A stretch of DNA of 64,000 nt, taken from assembly GCF_001194135.2 (NCBI RefSeq), contig NC_068995.1:44021473-44085472 (forward strand), in the 5' to 3' direction. Made by a program: the position numbers and the translations under genes. This DNA comes from Octopus bimaculoides (lineage: Eukaryota). The number at the start of each line of letters is the position of its first letter. The stretch's first letter is position 1. The notes under the pieces were generated by a model. That model did not search any database. It saw nothing but the letters and a program-made list of their open reading frames with translations, and was not told the DNA's origin. Shown here piece after piece: positions 63,961 through 64,000 of the stretch.

Positions 63961-64000
<40 letters not shown>

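Overview
AT-rich, microsatellite-dense animal genomic DNA from a gapped draft assembly: ten N-runs totalling about 4.3 kb, most flanked by dinucleotide repeats. The interspersed repeats look like those I associate with octopus (coleoid cephalopod) genomes; this taxon call is inference. I found no host protein-coding gene, rRNA, true tRNA or CRISPR array that I can support, so the window reads as intergenic or a large intron. Nearly all ORFs in the track are microsatellite or N artefacts or pieces of dead transposons. Supported content: (i) about 35 tRNA-headed SINE copies in six modular types (my labels A-E and B'), some young with clear target-site duplications (TSDs) and some nested; (ii) decayed retroelements: six or seven R4/Dong-clade fragments, one Tx1/L1, one CR1, one RTE 3' end and one Penelope-like RT; (iii) DNA transposon relics: a mariner 3' end with TIR, two Tc1/mariner MITEs, a hAT right end and a 400-bp foldback palindrome; (iv) 25-bp and 31-bp minisatellites. 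The most interesting signals concern mobile-element biology: R4/Dong fragments that start right after trinucleotide repeats, chimeric retroelements joined by microhomology, SINE tail and module swapping, a young SINE that stacks into its own head, and long hairpins that could be ADAR substrates. I do not see a clearly new gene system.
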